Assembly (NCBI GenBank): GCA_963841905.1
Contig: CAWJEM010000006.1
Coordinates: 14,776-78,775, forward strand
Origin: an uncultured Acidobacteriota bacterium
GTDB lineage: Bacteria > Acidobacteriota > Vicinamibacteria > Vicinamibacterales > UBA2999
Length of the DNA: 64,000 nucleotides
Direction: 5' to 3'
The notes beneath the pieces were generated by a model. The model had not been told where the DNA came from. It searched no databases and saw only the letters and a list, made by a program, of their open reading frames with translations. This document shows, piece by piece, positions 11,876 through 21,456 of the stretch (positions are counted from its first letter, which is position 1; every line of letters begins with the position of its first letter). A program made the position numbers and the translations under genes.

Positions 11876-11965
11876 CCGAGACGCTTAGCGTGTTTTCTGT
11901 TCTCTTGTCGTCTCGGTCGGGTGACCGATTTCCTGTAGAGCTTCCGTCGATCGCAGGCCAGTCGG

Positions 11966-13741
11966 TCAGGATCGGTAGGACTGCCACGTAAAAACCTTGG
12001 CCGCCTCGCCGGCATCTCGTGCGGCGGGGGTCACGATCGTTTTCTCGCCGATCACAATCTTCGTCCCCGCTTTCACGGCGCTGCGCACATCGTCTTCGCA
12101 GACGAACGGCCAGGGTGCCTGGGGTGCCGCAGGTGCCTCGTGTGCCGGAGGTGCAGGTGCCAAAGGTGCTTGCGGCGCCTGTGGTGCGACAGGTGAGACA
12201 GGTGCGGAAGATGCTCCAGCGATTCCGCGCGAGGCCAGAAATGCATCGATCCGGCGCGTGAGCGCCTCGGCTGCAATCGGTTCTGCGAGTGGCTTTGGCG
12301 GTGCCTGCGGCAGACTCACGCTGGCGGGTGCACCCGAGGCACCAGCGGCACCCAAGGCACCTGCTTTTGTAACCGGCCGCGTCTCATATGCCACCCGCTT
12401 GATGTTGAGCAGATGCCTGGGCGAGATGTTGTCGGACGTAATGTTCCCCCCAAACCCGCCGCAGCCGAGCGTCATGGCCGGGTCGAGCCCGGTGCTCCAA
12501 CCGATGGAGCCGTGCGTCGTCGGCGTGTTGACGACGATCCGGAAGGCTGGCTTGTGCAGACCGAACTCCAGGATCACCTGTTCGTTGCGCGAGTGGATCG
12601 ACATCGTGTGACCCATGCCTCCGTAGCGAAGGATCTCCTTGCACCGTTCGCAGCCCTCGCGCCAGTCCTGCACGATGTAGTACGAGAGCACCGGGCAGAG
12701 CTTTTCGATCGAGAGCGGATGGTCACGCCCGACCCCTTTCAACTCGGCGATGAGGGCGCGAGTGCCGTTGGGGACCTTCAGGCCGATCTTTTCCGCGATC
12801 ACCATCGCGGATTTCCCGACGAGACCCGGATTCGGCAGCCGTTGCGGCGTTACGAGCGCTTTGGCCAGAACGTCCGACTCCGCGGCCGACAGGAAATATC
12901 CTCCGCGGGTGAGAAACTCACGGCGCACCTCGGGTTCCACCGATCGATCCACGACCACCGAATTGGGGGACGAACAGAGCACGCCGTTGTCGAACGCCTT
13001 GCCGGTGATGATGTCCTCAGCGGCCTTTGCCAGATCGGCTGACTGCTCGATGTAGCACGGGGCGTTGCCGGGGCCCACTCCGTACGCGGGCTTTCCGGCG
13101 CTATACGCGGCGCGAACAAGTCCCATCCCACCGGTCGCCAGAATCACGGCGATCTCCCGCTGCTTCATCAGCTCCTGCGTGCCCTCGAGCGTCACGGTCG
13201 TGAGCCATCCAATGCCGCCGTCAGGCAGCCCTGCTCTTCGCGCCGCGTCCGCCATGATTTCAGCGGTGCGGATGATGCATCGCGCCGCCGACGGATGAGG
13301 GCTGATCACGATTGCGCAGCGGGCCTTGATGCTGATGAGGATCTTGTAGATGGCGGTTGACGTTGGGTTGGTCGAGGGCACAATCGCCGCCACCACGCCA
13401 AACGGTTCAGCAATTTCGATAATCTTCTTGTCGGAGATGCGGTTGATGACGCCAACCGTCTTCATCGGCCGGATGAACTCGTACACATCCTTCGACCCGA
13501 AGAGATTCTTCTGAACCTTGTCCGCGACAACACCGAAGGTGGTTTCCTCGACCGCTAGGCGAGCCAGCGACTCGGCGTGAGCCGTGGCAGCCGCCGCCAT
13601 GGCATCAACAATGGCGTCGACCTGGGTCTGCGAGAACTCGGCGAAGACGAGCTGCGCCTCTTTGGCCTTGCGGGCAAGGTGCCTGGCTTCGCTGATTGAG
13701 GCGAGATCGCGGTCGGTGTGCGCTGGAGCAGTAGAGGCCAC
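11966..13741 (-). CDS. CoA-acylating aldehyde dehydrogenase (EutE/PduP-like) with C-terminal extension
   Basis: PSTNPTST, SPHP, LATGG, GVGPGNAP, FDNGVLC (catalytic Cys), EKLCP, GHT and TLGCGGFGGNITSDN, followed by an Ala/Pro linker, an amphipathic helix and a small ...IVTPAARD domain. Confidence 0.92.
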   Translation of the reverse strand: MASTAPAHTDRDLASISEARHLARKAKEAQLVFAEFSQTQVDAIVDAMAAAATAHAESLARLAVEETTFGVVADKVQKNLFGSKDVYEFIRPMKTVGVINRISDKKIIEIAEPFGVVAAIVPSTNPTSTAIYKILISIKARCAIVISPHPSAARCIIRTAEIMADAARRAGLPDGGIGWLTTVTLEGTQELMKQREIAVILATGGMGLVRAAYSAGKPAYGVGPGNAPCYIEQSADLAKAAEDIITGKAFDNGVLCSSPNSVVVDRSVEPEVRREFLTRGGYFLSAAESDVLAKALVTPQRLPNPGLVGKSAMVIAEKIGLKVPNGTRALIAELKGVGRDHPLSIEKLCPVLSYYIVQDWREGCERCKEILRYGGMGHTMSIHSRNEQVILEFGLHKPAFRIVVNTPTTHGSIGWSTGLDPAMTLGCGGFGGNITSDNISPRHLLNIKRVAYETRPVTKAGALGAAGASGAPASVSLPQAPPKPLAEPIAAEALTRRIDAFLASRGIAGASSAPVSPVAPQAPQAPLAPAPPAHEAPAAPQAPWPFVCEDDVRSAVKAGTKIVIGEKTIVTPAARDAGEAAKVFTWQSYRS

Positions 13742-13750
13742 GGACCCGGC

Positions 13751-14032
13751 TTACGGCTTCGGAAGCACGCGTTCGACTTCGGCGTGCGGGCGCGGAATCA
13801 CGTGCACCGAGATGAGCTCGCCAACGCGGCGAGCCGCGGCGGCGCCAGCGTCGGTGGCCGCTTTGACGGCACCGACGTCGCCACGTATGAGCACGGTGAC
13901 ATATCCCGCGCCGATGTACTCGGTTCCCACCAGCGTGACATTGGCAGCCTTGACCATCGCGTCCGCCGCCTCGACCGAGCCGATAAACCCACGAGTTTCG
14001 ACCATTCCGAGCGCATCCCGCTGGGCTTCCAT
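13751..14032 (-). CDS. Bacterial microcompartment hexamer shell protein (BMC-H, EutM/PduA type)
   Basis: [30 protein letters not shown] and HVIPRPH form the canonical BMC domain. Confidence 0.97.
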   Translation of the reverse strand: MEAQRDALGMVETRGFIGSVEAADAMVKAANVTLVGTEYIGAGYVTVLIRGDVGAVKAATDAGAAAARRVGELISVHVIPRPHAEVERVLPKP

Positions 14033-14068
14033 CTTGTTGACCCGGATGATATTATGGGTCGTTCAATC

Positions 14069-14959
14069 ATGCAACGAAGCGTCAGAACAGGCGGGCTGTT
14101 CAGCCTTTGCCTGGTGGGGTTGGTGTGCGCCTCGAGCTCGTGCAGTGAGGCGGAAGACACCAGCCCAGCCGCTGCGCACGCAGAAGTCGCACTCGAGCGG
14201 GATCGAATTCCTCAGGGCAGTCCGGTGGACCTCACCTATCGGTTCAAGGTCTCCGAACCGCCGGCGTCTGCCTATCGGGTGTTCGTGCACGTCGTGGATG
14301 CCGACGAAGAACTGATGTGGACGGACGACCACGAGCCCGCGACGCCAACGACCGGATGGAAGGCCGGGAACACGATTGAATACACCCGAACGATGTTCGT
14401 GCCCATGTACCCGTATGTGGGCCCTGCGAAAGTCATCGTGGGGTTATACGACCGCGCGAGCAACCAGCGGCTGAAGCTGGCCAACACGGACCGGGGCGAT
14501 CGGTCATACCAAGTGACTCAGTTCGAGCTGCTGCCGGTCACGGAGAACGTGTACCTGATTTACAAGGACGGCTGGCACCCGGCGGAGATCGCTCCTGAGA
14601 ATCCCGCGGTGGAGTGGAAGTGGACGAGAAAGGAAGCGACCGTCGCTTTCAGGAACCCCAAGCGCGACGCAACCTTGATCATTCAGATGGACAACCCGAG
14701 CGGAGCGGCTGGCGCAGCCAGCGAGGTGGAGCTGAGGCTCGGGGATCAGTCGATTGCGACCGTACCCGTGGCGGCCGACGACGCGCCCGTGCGGAAATTT
14801 CAGCTGACGGCTTCCCAAATGGGTTCCAGCGACATGGTCGAGGTCAAGCTGATCGCCAACCGAACCATCGTGCCGGCGCTCGAGGCCGGCAGCAAGAGCA
14901 CCGACACGCGCGAGCTTGGCGTGCGGGTGTTTCACGCGTTTGTGCAGCCGACCTCGTAG
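14069..14959 (+). CDS. Hypothetical exported protein/lipoprotein, predicted beta-rich
   Basis: Signal-like N-terminus from ATG 14069 (MQRSVRTGGLFSLCLVGLVCASSSC). Segments YRVFVHVVD...WTDDHEP..PTTGWKAG and GWHPAE...WKWT...DTRELGVRV recall periplasmic domains attached to membrane glycosyltransferases. Function unknown. Confidence 0.7.
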   Translation: MQRSVRTGGLFSLCLVGLVCASSSCSEAEDTSPAAAHAEVALERDRIPQGSPVDLTYRFKVSEPPASAYRVFVHVVDADEELMWTDDHEPATPTTGWKAGNTIEYTRTMFVPMYPYVGPAKVIVGLYDRASNQRLKLANTDRGDRSYQVTQFELLPVTENVYLIYKDGWHPAEIAPENPAVEWKWTRKEATVAFRNPKRDATLIIQMDNPSGAAGAASEVELRLGDQSIATVPVAADDAPVRKFQLTASQMGSSDMVEVKLIANRTIVPALEAGSKSTDTRELGVRVFHAFVQPTS

Positions 14960-14999
14960 GCACACGCATCATCGGCAACAACGTATCGAGGAGGTGGAA

Positions 15000-15656
15000 A
15001 TGAGAGAGGCACGGAACAAAAGGATCTACTTCAGCCTTTTGCTGTCGGCCATCATCGTGGGATCTGCAAGTCAGCTAAGTGCCGAGCGGATCTTTTTCGC
15101 GAACGGCCGCTCGATGTCGGTCAAGGACTACCAGATTAGCGGCGACGTCATGACGGTCACGCTGCGGGGCGGCGGTCAAGCCATCTTCGATAAATCCATT
15201 ATTGCCCGCGTCGTGTCGGATGAAGTGCCGGACGTCGATGAAACGGTCGCCGCGGCCGCGGAAGCGTCCCATGCGGTGGTCGATGGGCGCCCGTTCGCTG
15301 AGCTCATCGAATCGGTTTCCCAGAAGCACGGTGTCGACCCGGCACTGGTGCATGCCGTGGTGAAGGTGGAATCCAACTACGAGCCAAGGGCCGTCTCGGG
15401 CATGGGCGCCCGCGGGTTGATGCAGGTCCTGCCCTCCACGGCCGCAGAATTTGGCGTGCGCAATCTCTTGGACCCTCAGGCCAACCTGGAGGCGGGTGTC
15501 CAATATCTCAAGTTCCTGCTGACCCGATTCAACCTGTCGCAGGCCATCGCCGCTTACAACGCTGGCCCCGCCGTGGTTCGCAAGTATCGCGGTATCCCGC
15601 CGTTTCCAGAGACACAGCACTACGTCAAAAGAGTCCTCACCGCCTTTCGGCGCTAG
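15000..15656 (+). CDS. Soluble lytic transglycosylase (SLT domain), exported
   Basis: RBS GAGGAGG before ATG 15000; signal peptide; AVVKVESNY, GARGLMQV, AAYNAG and ETQHYV motifs. Confidence 0.92.
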   Translation: MREARNKRIYFSLLLSAIIVGSASQLSAERIFFANGRSMSVKDYQISGDVMTVTLRGGGQAIFDKSIIARVVSDEVPDVDETVAAAAEASHAVVDGRPFAELIESVSQKHGVDPALVHAVVKVESNYEPRAVSGMGARGLMQVLPSTAAEFGVRNLLDPQANLEAGVQYLKFLLTRFNLSQAIAAYNAGPAVVRKYRGIPPFPETQHYVKRVLTAFRR

Positions 15657-15773
15657 CTGCCAGGCGACCGTTCGGGGCCGCTCGCGGTCTAATCACAGAG
15701 TCGGGCCGGGGCCGAACCGGCCCGGTCATCTCGTATAATCGGGCCGATAATGTCCATTAGGACAAGCCTTTAG

Positions 15774-16988
15774 ATGGAATTTCGCTGCCGACTCGGGACC
15801 GTGACCGGCGAGGTCGTCGAGGGGGTGTACGTCGCGCAGAGCGAAGCGCACCTTCGCCGGGAGCTCGAGGAGAAAGGACTACACGTCCTCGCTCTGCGCC
15901 CTCGCGGGAGCCTCGGCCTCGGCGGCATTTCCTTCGGTCAGCGGCGCCCGACCATCGCGCGTCACGAGTTCCTGGTGTTCAACCAGGAGCTGGCCACGCT
16001 CCTCAAGGCCGGCATGCCGCTCGTGCAGTCGCTCGACATTCTGCGCACGCGCTTGTCGAACCCGGTGTTCAAATCCGTCCTGGATGACGTGCACGAAAAA
16101 GTGCGCGCCGGCACGGCGCTCTCCGAAGCGTTTCAGGCCCACGGCGAGCTGTTCCCCAGCGTCTATACCGCGTCGCTGATGGCGGGCGAGCGCGCCGGCA
16201 ACCTCGATGCCGTGTTGCGACGGTTTGTGGCCTACGCCAAGGTCATCGACACGGTTCGGAAGAAGACCATTTCGGCGATGGTCTATCCGGTGATTCTGAT
16301 CACGCTGGCGGTCGCACTGGTCGCCATCATCGCGATCAAGGTGGTGCCGACGTTCGCGGAGTTCTACAGCAGCTTCGATGCCCAGCTGCCGTGGTCCACG
16401 CGAATGATCGTGGCGCTGTCGGACTTCATTCGCGGCAATCTGCTGCTGCTGACCATCGGCGTGCTGGGCGCGATCGCCGCCTTCTACACCTGGCTTCAAC
16501 AGCCGGGACAGGGCGCGCGATTCGATCGCGCAATCTTCAAGCTGCCTTACATCGGGAAAGCGGTCCACAAGTTTTCGACCTCCCAGCTCGCACGTACGCT
16601 GGCCACGCTGCTCGGCGGCGGCATCCCGCTCGTCAACGCGCTGGAGATCGCGTCGCGTTCGACCGGGAACCGTCATATGGGGCGGGAGATGGCCATCGTC
16701 GCCCAGCGGGTCCGTGAGGGACAGGGTTTTGCAGCGGCGTTGTTGGAGCGTCAGGTCGCCCCGGATGTCGCCATCAAGATGATCGAAGTGGGCGAATCCA
16801 CTGGTGCCCTGCAGGAGATGTTGAACAGTCTGGCGGACTTCTACGACGAGGAGATCGAGACCGAGGTAAGCCGGTTCGTGACCGTGATTGAGCCGGCGCT
16901 GCTCATCATCATGGGCCTCGTCATCGCCGTGATCGTCCTGGCGCTGTATCTGCCGCTGTTCGAGATGACTGCGGTTATTGGAGCGTGA
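15774..16988 (+). CDS. Type II secretion/type IV pilus inner-membrane platform protein (GspF/PilC)
   Basis: FNQELATLLKAGMPLVQSL, AGERAGNL, SAMVYP and VGESTGAL; three TM segments. Confidence 0.93.
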   Translation: MEFRCRLGTVTGEVVEGVYVAQSEAHLRRELEEKGLHVLALRPRGSLGLGGISFGQRRPTIARHEFLVFNQELATLLKAGMPLVQSLDILRTRLSNPVFKSVLDDVHEKVRAGTALSEAFQAHGELFPSVYTASLMAGERAGNLDAVLRRFVAYAKVIDTVRKKTISAMVYPVILITLAVALVAIIAIKVVPTFAEFYSSFDAQLPWSTRMIVALSDFIRGNLLLLTIGVLGAIAAFYTWLQQPGQGARFDRAIFKLPYIGKAVHKFSTSQLARTLATLLGGGIPLVNALEIASRSTGNRHMGREMAIVAQRVREGQGFAAALLERQVAPDVAIKMIEVGESTGALQEMLNSLADFYDEEIETEVSRFVTVIEPALLIIMGLVIAVIVLALYLPLFEMTAVIGA

Positions 16989-18652
16989 TGCTGCACCCTG
17001 GTCCCGACGAGGAACCGCTCGACCCGTCACACATCGTCGACGAGCGCGTCCGCGAAGTGAGCCCGGAAGAACGGACCGCCGAAGAGGCACACGCCCGCCG
17101 GCTGGCGGACCGCTACCGGATTGAGTTTCTCGACATGAATCGTTTCCGGATCGATCAGGAGCTGTTTCGATCGATTCCGGCCGATTTGATGTTGCGCTAT
17201 GGGTTCGTCCCGTATCGACGCGACGGGAAGGCCATCGTGATCGTCGTGTCCGATCCGACCGACCTCCCGATGATCGACGAGCTGCGGGTTCTACTGGGGA
17301 CTCCGGTTCGCGTGATGGTCGGCGCCCGCACGGCGATTGAGTCGATTCTGAAGAAGAGCGAAAGCTCGCAACGGGTCCTCGACGAAGCCACCGAAGAGTT
17401 TCAGATCCAGCTGCTCAAGGAAGACGAGGGTGGGGAAGACAACCTGACCGTCGAACGTCTCACGAGCGACATCAGCCCCATCATCCGGCTCGTCGACTCG
17501 ACCATCTACACGGCGATCCAGCGCCGTGCGAGCGACATTCATGTCGAGACTCAGGACGACGGCGTCTACGTCAAATACCGAATCGATGGTGTGCTCCAGT
17601 CGGCGATGCGGCCGATCGCCAAGCGATTTCACAGCTCGATCATCTCGCGCATCAAGGTGATGGCAGAGCTCGACATCGCGGAAAAGCGCGTGCCTCAGGA
17701 TGGTCGCTTCAAGCTGCGCGTGCCGGGCAAGACGATCGACTTTCGCGTGTCCATCATGCCGAGCGCGCACGGCGAGGACTCGGTCATCCGGATTCTGGAC
17801 AAGCAGTCGATCAGCGAGCAGTTCACCGAGCTGCGGTTGGAGATTCTCGGGTTTCCCGACTTGGAGCTGCGTCGCTTCCGGAAGTACATCCGCGAGCCGT
17901 ACGGGATGGTGCTGGTGACGGGGCCGACCGGCAGCGGCAAAACGACGACCCTGTACGCGGCGCTGGCGGAGATCAAGTCGATCGAGGACAAGATCGTCAC
18001 CATCGAGGATCCGGTCGAGTATCAGTTGAAGGGGATCACGCAGATTCCCATCAACGAAAAGAAGGGGCTGACGTTTGCGCGTGGCCTGCGGTCGATCCTG
18101 CGGCACGACCCCGACAAGATCATGGTCGGCGAGATTCGAGACCCGGAGACCGCGCAGATTGCCATCCAGTCGGCGCTCACGGGTCACCTGGTCTTCACCA
18201 CCGTCCATGCCAACAATGTCTTCGACGTGCTGGGGCGCTTCCTCAACATGGGCGTCGAGCCGTATCAGTTCATCTCGGCGCTGAACTGCGTCATGGCGCA
18301 ACGGTTGGTCCGGCGCATTTGCGACGCCTGCAAGCGGCCGGCGCCCGTTTCCGCCGATCAACTCGTCGAATCGGCCATGGACCCCGAGCTCGAGCGCAGC
18401 CACACCTTCTACGAAGGCGCCGGCTGTATCGAGTGCAGCGGCACCGGCTACAAGGGCCGCATGGCGATTTGCGAATTACTCGATCTGACGGATCACATTC
18501 GCGAGATGATCCTCGAGCGGCGGCCGATCTCGGAGGTGAAGCGGGCGGCGAAGGATCAGGGTATGCGGTTCCTGCGCGAGTCGGCCGTCGAGCGCGTGCT
18601 CGAGGGCTCCACCACGCTGCGCGAGGTGAACAAGGTCACCTTTGTCGAATGA
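16985..18652 (+). CDS. GspE/PilB family assembly ATPase
   Basis: ASDIHVE, DIAEKRVPQDGR, GPTGSGKTTTLY, TIEDPVEY, LRHDPDKIMVGEIRD, TGHLVFTTVH and the tetracysteine motif CDAC...CIEC. Confidence 0.96.
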   Translation: MMLHPGPDEEPLDPSHIVDERVREVSPEERTAEEAHARRLADRYRIEFLDMNRFRIDQELFRSIPADLMLRYGFVPYRRDGKAIVIVVSDPTDLPMIDELRVLLGTPVRVMVGARTAIESILKKSESSQRVLDEATEEFQIQLLKEDEGGEDNLTVERLTSDISPIIRLVDSTIYTAIQRRASDIHVETQDDGVYVKYRIDGVLQSAMRPIAKRFHSSIISRIKVMAELDIAEKRVPQDGRFKLRVPGKTIDFRVSIMPSAHGEDSVIRILDKQSISEQFTELRLEILGFPDLELRRFRKYIREPYGMVLVTGPTGSGKTTTLYAALAEIKSIEDKIVTIEDPVEYQLKGITQIPINEKKGLTFARGLRSILRHDPDKIMVGEIRDPETAQIAIQSALTGHLVFTTVHANNVFDVLGRFLNMGVEPYQFISALNCVMAQRLVRRICDACKRPAPVSADQLVESAMDPELERSHTFYEGAGCIECSGTGYKGRMAICELLDLTDHIREMILERRPISEVKRAAKDQGMRFLRESAVERVLEGSTTLREVNKVTFVE

Positions 18653-19602
18653 GTACGCCACGCCTGCTGCAACCGTCGCCCCCGGATCTTGCCATCGAGG
18701 TTGAAGCGGGGCTCGTGTCTGGCGCACGGCTCACGTGGCGAGGTCGGGACGCCACGATTGCGGCGCACACCGTGGAGCCGCTGCCAGAAGGCGTGGTCGT
18801 GCCCGCGTTAGCGACGCTGAACATCAACGATGTCCCGCTCGTGGGGCGAGCCATCGCGAAGGTCGTCGAACGGCTCGGTGGGCGCGCGCGCCGGGCCGCA
18901 CTGGTCGTCCCCGACACGGTTGCGAAGGTGTCGTTGGTTCGCTTCGAGAAGATTCCGGCCAAGGCTGCCGATCTGGCGGAACTCGTGCGCTGGCAGATCC
19001 GCAAGACCGCGCCATTCCCGGTCGATCAGGCGATCGTGAGCTTCAGTCCGGGCGCGCGCGCCAGCGACGGCAGTCAGGAGTTCGTCGTGACGCTGACGCG
19101 TACGGACATCGTGATGCAATACGAGGAAGCCTGCAGTCGTGCCGGCTTGCATGCTGGACTGGTGGATCTGGCGACGTTCAGTGCGATCAACAGCGTGATC
19201 GCCGGGAGCAGCCCGCCAGTCGGGGATTGGCTGCTGGTGCATGCCACGCCGACATACACGACGCTGACCGTGATGCGAGATCGCGATCTCATCTTCTTTC
19301 GCCACCGCGACGAAGAAACCGAGGGCACACTCGCAGACGTCGTGCATCAGACGGCGATGTACTACGAAGATCGCCTGAAGGGGGCCGGCTTCTCGCGGGT
19401 GCTCCTGACGGGGTGGGCAGCCATGCCGGGCGAGGAGGATGCGTTGGCGCTCAGCCTGGAGGAGCGTCTTGGGATCGCGGTCGAGCCGGTCGACCCCCGA
19501 ACATCGGCCGCGTTGCTGGATCGAATCGGTGCCTCGCCCGGCGTGCTTGATGCCCTGGCGCCGCTGGTCGGGATTCTCGTCCGCGAGCGACGGGTGGCGT
19601 GA
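18649..19602 (+). CDS. PilM/GspL-like actin-fold alignment protein
   Basis: Start at ATG 18649 (ATGA overlap with the ATPase). Contains LAIE, VRWQIRKTAPFP, YYEDRL and VLLTG, and sits between the ATPase and the PilN-like gene. Confidence 0.75.
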   Translation: MSTPRLLQPSPPDLAIEVEAGLVSGARLTWRGRDATIAAHTVEPLPEGVVVPALATLNINDVPLVGRAIAKVVERLGGRARRAALVVPDTVAKVSLVRFEKIPAKAADLAELVRWQIRKTAPFPVDQAIVSFSPGARASDGSQEFVVTLTRTDIVMQYEEACSRAGLHAGLVDLATFSAINSVIAGSSPPVGDWLLVHATPTYTTLTVMRDRDLIFFRHRDEETEGTLADVVHQTAMYYEDRLKGAGFSRVLLTGWAAMPGEEDALALSLEERLGIAVEPVDPRTSAALLDRIGASPGVLDALAPLVGILVRERRVA

Positions 19603-20255
19603 GCATGTTGCGAAGCAATCTCGCGACTCGGCCCTTTTACAACGACAAGGCCGTGCGAGTGGCGCTTGGCGTCGGCGTCGCGCTGGTCGCTGCCCTGACG
19701 CTGTTCAATATGGCGCGCATCGTGACGCTCAATGGTCGCAATGCGGAACTGGCCGCGCGCGCCGAGGCGTCCGAGGCTCGCGCCAACGCCCTGCGCGAAC
19801 GCGCGCGAAAAACCCGCGAGACACTCGATTCCAGCGATGCCGCACTGATTCAGGCCTCGGCTCGGGAGGCCAACCTGTTGATCGAGCGGCGGGCCTTCTC
19901 GTGGACCGAGTTGTTCAACCGCCTCGAAGAGACCTTGCCGGCAGACGTTCGGGTGGGGGCGGTGCAGCCGCAGGTGGACAACGAAGGGCGGATGCTGATT
20001 GTCGCCACCGTCTACTCGCGACGGGTCGAAGATCTGGCACTCTTCATCGATCAGATGGAAGAGACGGGGGCCTTCAGCGGGATGCTGCCGCGCCAGGACG
20101 ATCGCGAAGAAGACGGCAACTTGCGGTCGGTGATCCAGGGCTACTACCACCCCGAACGAGCGGCCAAGTCGTCGCCGGCGACGTCTGAGTCTCAGAAAGC
20201 CCCGCCGACCATCGGCGCCTCGAGCGCGCCGTCTCCGACGGGAGGGTCGCGATGA
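19599..20255 (+). CDS. PilN-like protein
   Basis: NLATRPF N-terminal motif, single TM, coiled coil, SWTELFNRLEETLP.DVRV. Confidence 0.8.
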   Translation: MSMLRSNLATRPFYNDKAVRVALGVGVALVAALTLFNMARIVTLNGRNAELAARAEASEARANALRERARKTRETLDSSDAALIQASAREANLLIERRAFSWTELFNRLEETLPADVRVGAVQPQVDNEGRMLIVATVYSRRVEDLALFIDQMEETGAFSGMLPRQDDREEDGNLRSVIQGYYHPERAAKSSPATSESQKAPPTIGASSAPSPTGGSR

Positions 20256-20875
20256 AGGCGATCTTCGGCGGCGGCGGCGTGCCACTTTCACGCGTGCTGC
20301 GCGAGCATCGCAGCGCGCTGCTCCCCCTGGCCGCCGTTCTGGCGATCAATTCGATCGTGCTCGTCGCCGTCGTGCTTCCGCTGGCCCAACGCGCCGCCAG
20401 CAACGACACGCGCGCGGCGGCGGCACAGCGGGCCGAAGCGGCCGCCGAGGCGGAGTTCAAACAGGCAGAAGCGTTTCGCGAAGGGAAGACGCGGGCAACG
20501 GCCGATCTGGAGACCTTCTATCGAGAGGTGCTGCCCACGGACGCCACCGCGGCTCGTCGCATCACCCACTTGAAGCCGCAGCAACGCGCGCGGGAGCACC
20601 GCGTCCAGTACCAGCGCGGCGCCACCGAGGAAGAGACCATTGACGATTCCAGCCTGGAGCGGCAGACCGTGACGATGACGCTCTCGGGATCATGGGACGA
20701 CATCCGAGCGTTCATCTATACGCTCGAGACCTCCGCCGACTTCGTCGTGATCGACAATGTCGTGATTCAGGAAAGTACCGGGGGCAATAGCGCGTTGTCG
20801 CTCGATCTCAATCTCACGACCTACTATCGAAGCGACCGCGCAATCAAGGCGAGAGCGAGGACCAGTGGCCGTTGA
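20252..20875 (+). CDS. PilO/GspM-like protein
   Basis: Single TM, coiled coil and a ferredoxin-like segment LSGSWDDIRAFIYTLE; follows the PilN-like gene. Confidence 0.75.
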   Translation: MKAIFGGGGVPLSRVLREHRSALLPLAAVLAINSIVLVAVVLPLAQRAASNDTRAAAAQRAEAAAEAEFKQAEAFREGKTRATADLETFYREVLPTDATAARRITHLKPQQRAREHRVQYQRGATEEETIDDSSLERQTVTMTLSGSWDDIRAFIYTLETSADFVVIDNVVIQESTGGNSALSLDLNLTTYYRSDRAIKARARTSGR

Positions 20876-21422
20876 GCGGCGAACGCTGCTGCTCGGCGGC
20901 GGCCTGTCGGCAGCCCTCGTCGCTCTGCTGGTGGTGCGTTCGATGGGTGACGTGACGTCGCCTGCGCCGACCCGCCGCGCACAGCCAGCGCGAACGCCCG
21001 CCAGCGCCAGCGCCGGCGCGCAAGCGAGCGCGCTCGACGCAGCCAAGGTCAATCTGGAGGAGCTCGAGCGGAAACGACTGGGCCCGGCGGATACGGGACG
21101 CAATCCCTTTCGGTTCGAACCCAAGGCGTTGCCTGCGCCAGCCCCATCGCCGACCGGTCCCACTCCGCTCACCTCGGAAACGCCGGTCGTGCCGACGGGA
21201 CCGCCCCCGCCGCCGCCGATTTCGTTGAAGTTCATCGGGCTGGTCCAGAAGGTCGATGGCATGAAGATCGCCGTGCTGAGCGACGGCCGGCGCCCGCTCT
21301 ACGGCGTCGAAGGGCAGGAGATCGACGGACGGTACCGAATCTTGAAGATCGGAACGGAGTCGATCGAGATGGCGTACCTCGACGGACGCGGGCGCCAGAC
21401 GATTCGCTTGACGGGACAATGA
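20865..21422 (+). CDS. PilP/GspC-like protein
   Basis: N-terminal TM, RNPFRF motif, Pro-rich linker and a beta domain LKFIGLV...EGQEIDGRYRILKIG; immediately precedes the secretin. Confidence 0.65.
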   Translation: MAVERRTLLLGGGLSAALVALLVVRSMGDVTSPAPTRRAQPARTPASASAGAQASALDAAKVNLEELERKRLGPADTGRNPFRFEPKALPAPAPSPTGPTPLTSETPVVPTGPPPPPPISLKFIGLVQKVDGMKIAVLSDGRRPLYGVEGQEIDGRYRILKIGTESIEMAYLDGRGRQTIRLTGQ

Positions 21423-21456
21423 CACGCCACATGACGAGACATCTGCCAAGGTCATC

